From Mustelus asterias (Eukaryota): a stretch of 64,000 bases of DNA. The stretch covers positions 117,614,001-117,678,000 of the forward strand of contig NC_135801.1 of assembly GCF_964213995.1 (NCBI RefSeq), in the 5' to 3' direction. This document shows positions 60,351-64,000 of the stretch, piece by piece. The position numbers and the translations under genes were made by a program. The notes beneath the pieces were generated by a model. That model did not search any database. It worked only from the letters and a program-made list of their open reading frames with translations, and was not told where the DNA came from. The stretch's first letter is position 1. Each line of letters begins with the position of its first letter.

Positions 60351-63300
60351 TCACAAGTTCAGTTGTATCGGAGGTCCGCACCGTCTCTGCGACCTCCGCA
60401 GCACTAGCGGCAGTGCCGGTTCTGGTGACCGTGGTGTCCCTCTCTCCAAGGTGGTGTCCAGTGACTCCTCCAGTTCCTCACGCACCGGTGGACCTTGAGG
60501 TGGCGACAATCTCCTGGACTCAGGCAAGCTGTGCACGGGAGTAAGAGGATTAAGTAGAGGTCCCGATACTGCCCGCGTCGTGTCAGGAGGGGAGAGAATG
60601 GGCAAAGGAACCCTAACCAGGGGTGCGGGAGTGACGGGGGTTTCCAGGTCCCCTGCAGGCGCCAGATCTCTGATAGAGACCGTGTCCTCTCGCCCGTCAG
60701 GATATGCCACATAGGCATATTGAGGGTTGGCGTGGAGGAGATGGACCTGTTCAACCAAAGGGTCGGACTTGCGGGCCCTAACATGCCGCCGCAGGAGGAC
60801 AGGTCCTGAGTACGTCAACCAAGACGGCAGTGAGGTCCCAGAGGAAGACTTCCTAGGGAAGGTAAACATCCGCTCATGTGGGGTAGCATTGGTTGCCGTA
60901 CACAGGAGGGACCGGATTGAATGGAGCGCATCAGAAAGTACCTCTTGCCAACGGGAGACTGGAAGACCCCTAGACCTTAACGCCAGTAAGACAGCCTTCC
61001 AGACTGTAGCATTTTCTCTTTCGACCTGCCCGTTACCCCTGGGGTTGTAACTCGTAGTCCTACTTGAGGCAATTCCTTTAGAGAGCAGGTATTGCCTCAA
61101 GTTGTCGCTCATAAACGACGAACCCCTATCACTGTGGATATAACTGGGGTAGCCGAGCAGGGTAAAAAGACTCCGCAGGGCTTTGATGACCATGGCAGCG
61201 GACATGTCAGAACAGGGGATGGCAAAAGGGAATCGGGAGTACTCGTCAACCATGTTGAGGAAATACACATTCCGATCGGTCGAAGGAAGGGGGCCCTTGA
61301 AATCGACACTCAGTCGTTCAAAAGGGCGAGTGGCCTTAATGAGGTGTGCCCTGTCAGGCCGGTAGAAGTGCGGCTTGCACTCTGCACATACCTGGCAGCT
61401 TTGAGTTATCAGCCTGACATCCTCTATGGAGTAGGGCAGATTCCGGGTCTTTACAAAATGGAAGAGCCGAGTGATCCCCGGATGGCAGAGATCATTGTGG
61501 AGGGCCAGTAGCCGGTCCTCCTGCACACTGGCACATGTTCCACGCGACAGGGCATCAGAGGGCTCATTGAGCTTCCCCGGACGGTACATGATATCATAGT
61601 TGTAGGTGGAGAATTCGATTCTCCACCTCAAGATTTTATCATTCTTAATTTTTCCCCTTAACGTGTTGTTGAACATGAAGGCCACGGACCGCTGGTCTGT
61701 GAGCAGGGTAAATCGTTTTCCAGCCAAATAATGGCCCCAATGCCGTACGGCCTCCACAATGGCCTGAGCCTCTTTTTCCACAGAGGAGTGTCGAATTTCA
61801 GGGCCTTGGAGGGTGCGAGAGAAAAAGGCGACGGGCCTGCCCGCCTGGTTAAGTGTGGCGGCCAGGGCGAAATCAGATGCATCACTCTCCACCTGGAAGG
61901 GGATGGACTCATCGACAGCATGCATCGTGGCTTTCGCGATGTCAGCTTTTATCCCTTCAAAGGCTCGGCGAGCCTCTGCTGTCAGGGGAAAAGAGGTAGA
62001 CTTTATGAGCGGACGGGCTTTGTCCGCGTAATTGGGGACCCACTGTGCATAATACGAGAAGAAGCCTAAGCATCTTCTCAGTGCTTTGATGCTAGTGGGT
62101 AGGGGAAGTTCAAGGAGGGGACGCATACGGTCTGGATCGGGGCCGAGGACCCCGTTTTCCACCACGTATCCGAGGATTGCTAGGCAGTGCTTGCTGAATA
62201 CGCACTTCTCCCTGTTATAGGTCAGGTTCAGGCGAGACGCAGTGCGTAAAAACTTCAGGAGGTTTGCGTCGTGGTCCTGCTGGTCATGGCCGCAGATAGT
62301 GATGTTGTCCAGGTACGGGAAGGTAGCCCGTAGCCCGTTTTCGTCCACCATTCGGTCCATCTCACGCTGGAAGACCGAGACCCCATTAGTGACGCCGAAA
62401 GGGACCCTTAAGAAGTGGTAGAGACGGCCATCCGCCTCAAAAGCCGTGTATTTGCGGTCCTCTGGGTGAATGGGGAGCTGGTGGTAGGCTGACTTCAAGT
62501 CGATGGTGGAGAACACCCGGTACTGCGCAATCTGGTTGACCATGTCAGATATGCACGGGAGAGGATACGCGTCCAGCTGCGTGTACCTATTAATGGTCTG
62601 ACTATAGTCTATGACCATCCGGGGTTTGTCTCCAGTCTTGACCACCATGACTTGTGCTCTCCACGGGCTAGTGCTAGGTTGAATGATCCCTTCCCCGAGG
62701 AGCCGCTGAACCTCAGATCGAATAAAGATCCGATCCTCAGCGCTGTAATGCCTGCTCTTAGTCGCGATGGGCTTGCAGCCTGGCACGAGATTTTCAAATA
62801 AGGAAGGCGGGGTAATTTTGAGTGTCGAGAGACTGCAAGTGGAGCGCGCTGGGCAATTTGGAGGCTGCTGTTCTCCCACTGAAAGTGGAGGGAGTGGCCC
62901 ATCGTACTGCAGGGTCACACTCTTCAGGTAGACCATGAAGTCTAGCCCCAGGAGTACCGGAGCGCAAAGGTGCGGTAACACGAGGAGCCTGGAGTTCTCA
63001 TAAACTGTGCCCCACACCGTTAAAGTTACCACGCAGCTCCCAAGAACGATAACAGATCGGGACCTCGACGCCATAGAGATTGTCTGCCTGACAGTTTGCA
63101 CACGGAGAACGCACCGTTTCACTGTATCCGGATGGATGAAACTCTCCGTGCTCCCGCTGTCAAACAGACAATGTTTCAGACGTCCGTTTACCTCTATGTC
63201 CATCATGGACTTGTCGAGTCTGTGAGGCTTGGCCTGGTCCAGGATGATTGACGCCATTGTTGGCTCCCGAGTGTAACTGCAGGCAGCTGAGATGGTCGAC

Positions 63301-64000
63301 GACGAGGACCCCTGCTGGTCTTCTGCAGCCGGTGTCGACCAAAATGGCTGCGCCCATGGATCGCACGTGGTCGACGGCGTTGAAAGTGGCGGCACCTGCA
63401 GGTCGCACGTGTCTTGCGTCGTCGTCATCAGGAATGGCGGCACCCGTGAATCGCACATGGTTGAAGACATCGACGAAGCTGGAGACGAGGAGACGGATCT
63501 TGGGGAGTCACACGCAGCACTGCTTGGCTTAGAAGGTGGCTTTGCTCGGCACACTTTTGCATAGTGCCCTTTCTTCCCACAAGCGGAGCAAAATACCGTC
63601 CTGGCCGGACATCTCTGACGAGGGTGCTTCGCCAATCCACAGAAATAGCACCGTGGGCCTCCTGGAGCTGCCGCAGCCGTCAGGTCCGAGGTTGAAAGCA
63701 CGATCGCGCAGTTCCGAGGAGCCGCCGGGTACAGTTGAGTCGGTGGCTGTACTTGCCACGATATTCCCACGTGGTCGGTGGGGTAAGTTTCAAGACTTCT
63801 GGAGGCCATTTCCAACGCATCAGCCAATTCTACCGTCTTAGCTCGGTCCAAGTTACCCTGCTCTAGCAGCCGCAGGCGAATATAGGATGAGCCGATTCTC
63901 GCCACGAACGCATCTCGGATCAGATCGTTAGTGTATTGAGTAGCCGACACCAGCTTGCAATTGCAGGCTCTGGCTCGCTGCTGAAGTTCGCGCAGGTTCT
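60351..64000 (-). CDS. Gag-Pol polyprotein (single frame, open past the window edge)
   Basis: Zn knuckles CYFCGLAKHPRQRC and CSACGKKGHYAKVC; protease LFDSGS; RT IDLKSAYHQ, VPFGVTNG, YLDN; RNase H DASD...EKEA; integrase HHCC and SVDFKG/HSDRG/VERENA. No stop between 63950 and 64000. Confidence 0.95.
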   Translation of the reverse strand, partial: NLRELQQRARACNCKLVSATQYTNDLIRDAFVARIGSSYIRLRLLEQGNLDRAKTVELADALEMASRSLETYPTDHVGISWQVQPPTQLYPAAPRNCAIVLSTSDLTAAAAPGGPRCYFCGLAKHPRQRCPARTVFCSACGKKGHYAKVCRAKPPSKPSSAACDSPRSVSSSPASSMSSTMCDSRVPPFLMTTTQDTCDLQVPPLSTPSTTCDPWAQPFWSTPAAEDQQGSSSSTISAACSYTREPTMASIILDQAKPHRLDKSMMDIEVNGRLKHCLFDSGSTESFIHPDTVKRCVLRVQTVRQTISMASRSRSVIVLGSCVVTLTVWGTVYENSRLLVLPHLCAPVLLGLDFMVYLKSVTLQYDGPLPPLSVGEQQPPNCPARSTCSLSTLKITPPSLFENLVPGCKPIATKSRHYSAEDRIFIRSEVQRLLGEGIIQPSTSPWRAQVMVVKTGDKPRMVIDYSQTINRYTQLDAYPLPCISDMVNQIAQYRVFSTIDLKSAYHQLPIHPEDRKYTAFEADGRLYHFLRVPFGVTNGVSVFQREMDRMVDENGLRATFPYLDNITICGHDQQDHDANLLKFLRTASRLNLTYNREKCVFSKHCLAILGYVVENGVLGPDPDRMRPLLELPLPTSIKALRRCLGFFSYYAQWVPNYADKARPLIKSTSFPLTAEARRAFEGIKADIAKATMHAVDESIPFQVESDASDFALAATLNQAGRPVAFFSRTLQGPEIRHSSVEKEAQAIVEAVRHWGHYLAGKRFTLLTDQRSVAFMFNNTLRGKIKNDKILRWRIEFSTYNYDIMYRPGKLNEPSDALSRGTCASVQEDRLLALHNDLCHPGITRLFHFVKTRNLPYSIEDVRLITQSCQVCAECKPHFYRPDRAHLIKATRPFERLSVDFKGPLPSTDRNVYFLNMVDEYSRFPFAIPCSDMSAAMVIKALRSLFTLLGYPSYIHSDRGSSFMSDNLRQYLLSKGIASSRTTSYNPRGNGQVERENATVWKAVLLALRSRGLPVSRWQEVLSDALHSIRSLLCTATNATPHERMFTFPRKSSSGTSLPSWLTYSGPVLLRRHVRARKSDPLVEQVHLLHANPQYAYVAYPDGREDTVSIRDLAPAGDLETPVTPAPLVRVPLPILSPPDTTRAVSGPLLNPLTPVHSLPESRRLSPPQGPPVREELEESLDTTLERGTPRSPEPALPLVLRRSQRRCGPPIQLNL

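Larger units (their letters stand above)
59953..64000 (-). mobile_element. Young Ty3/Gypsy LTR retrotransposon (5' part outside window)
   Basis: 3' LTR 59953-60288 (TG...CA), polypurine tract AAAGGAGGGGTGAA at 60289-60302, PR-RT-RH-IN order, CpG retained. Confidence 0.95.

Noticed and set aside
60404-63841. Numerous overlapping and antisense ORFs within the Gypsy
   Set aside because: Expected shadows of a long GC-rich ORF; no recognisable motifs and no env-like features.

Overview
Eukaryotic, repeat-dominated DNA, almost certainly from an elasmobranch (shark/ray), judged by the many HE1-like V-SINEs, Deu-domain SINEs and CR1 LINEs. I could not recognise any host protein-coding exon, so the window is probably intergenic or intronic. 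It holds about a dozen CR1 fragments, L2, RTE and Rex1/Babar remnants, three SINE families, Penelope-like elements (PLEs), decayed two-gene Harbinger transposons with a ~125-bp MITE family, and several solo LTRs. A young Ty3/Gypsy element with an uninterrupted gag-pol ORF runs off the right edge. The most notable observations are: (1) 39-nt minimal hammerhead ribozyme motifs of identical geometry in two PLE families; (2) an ORF1-less LINE whose 5' and 3' ends are exactly the two halves of a tRNA-headed SINE; (3) a YLDN rather than YxDD RT active site in an otherwise intact Gypsy; (4) a V-SINE subfamily with a Rex1-like tail instead of a CR1 tail; (5) multi-level nests and templated inverted duplications with readable junctions. 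Family names rest on motif recognition by eye, not database searches. Boundaries of old elements are approximate. None of these findings is shown to be new without the checks listed.
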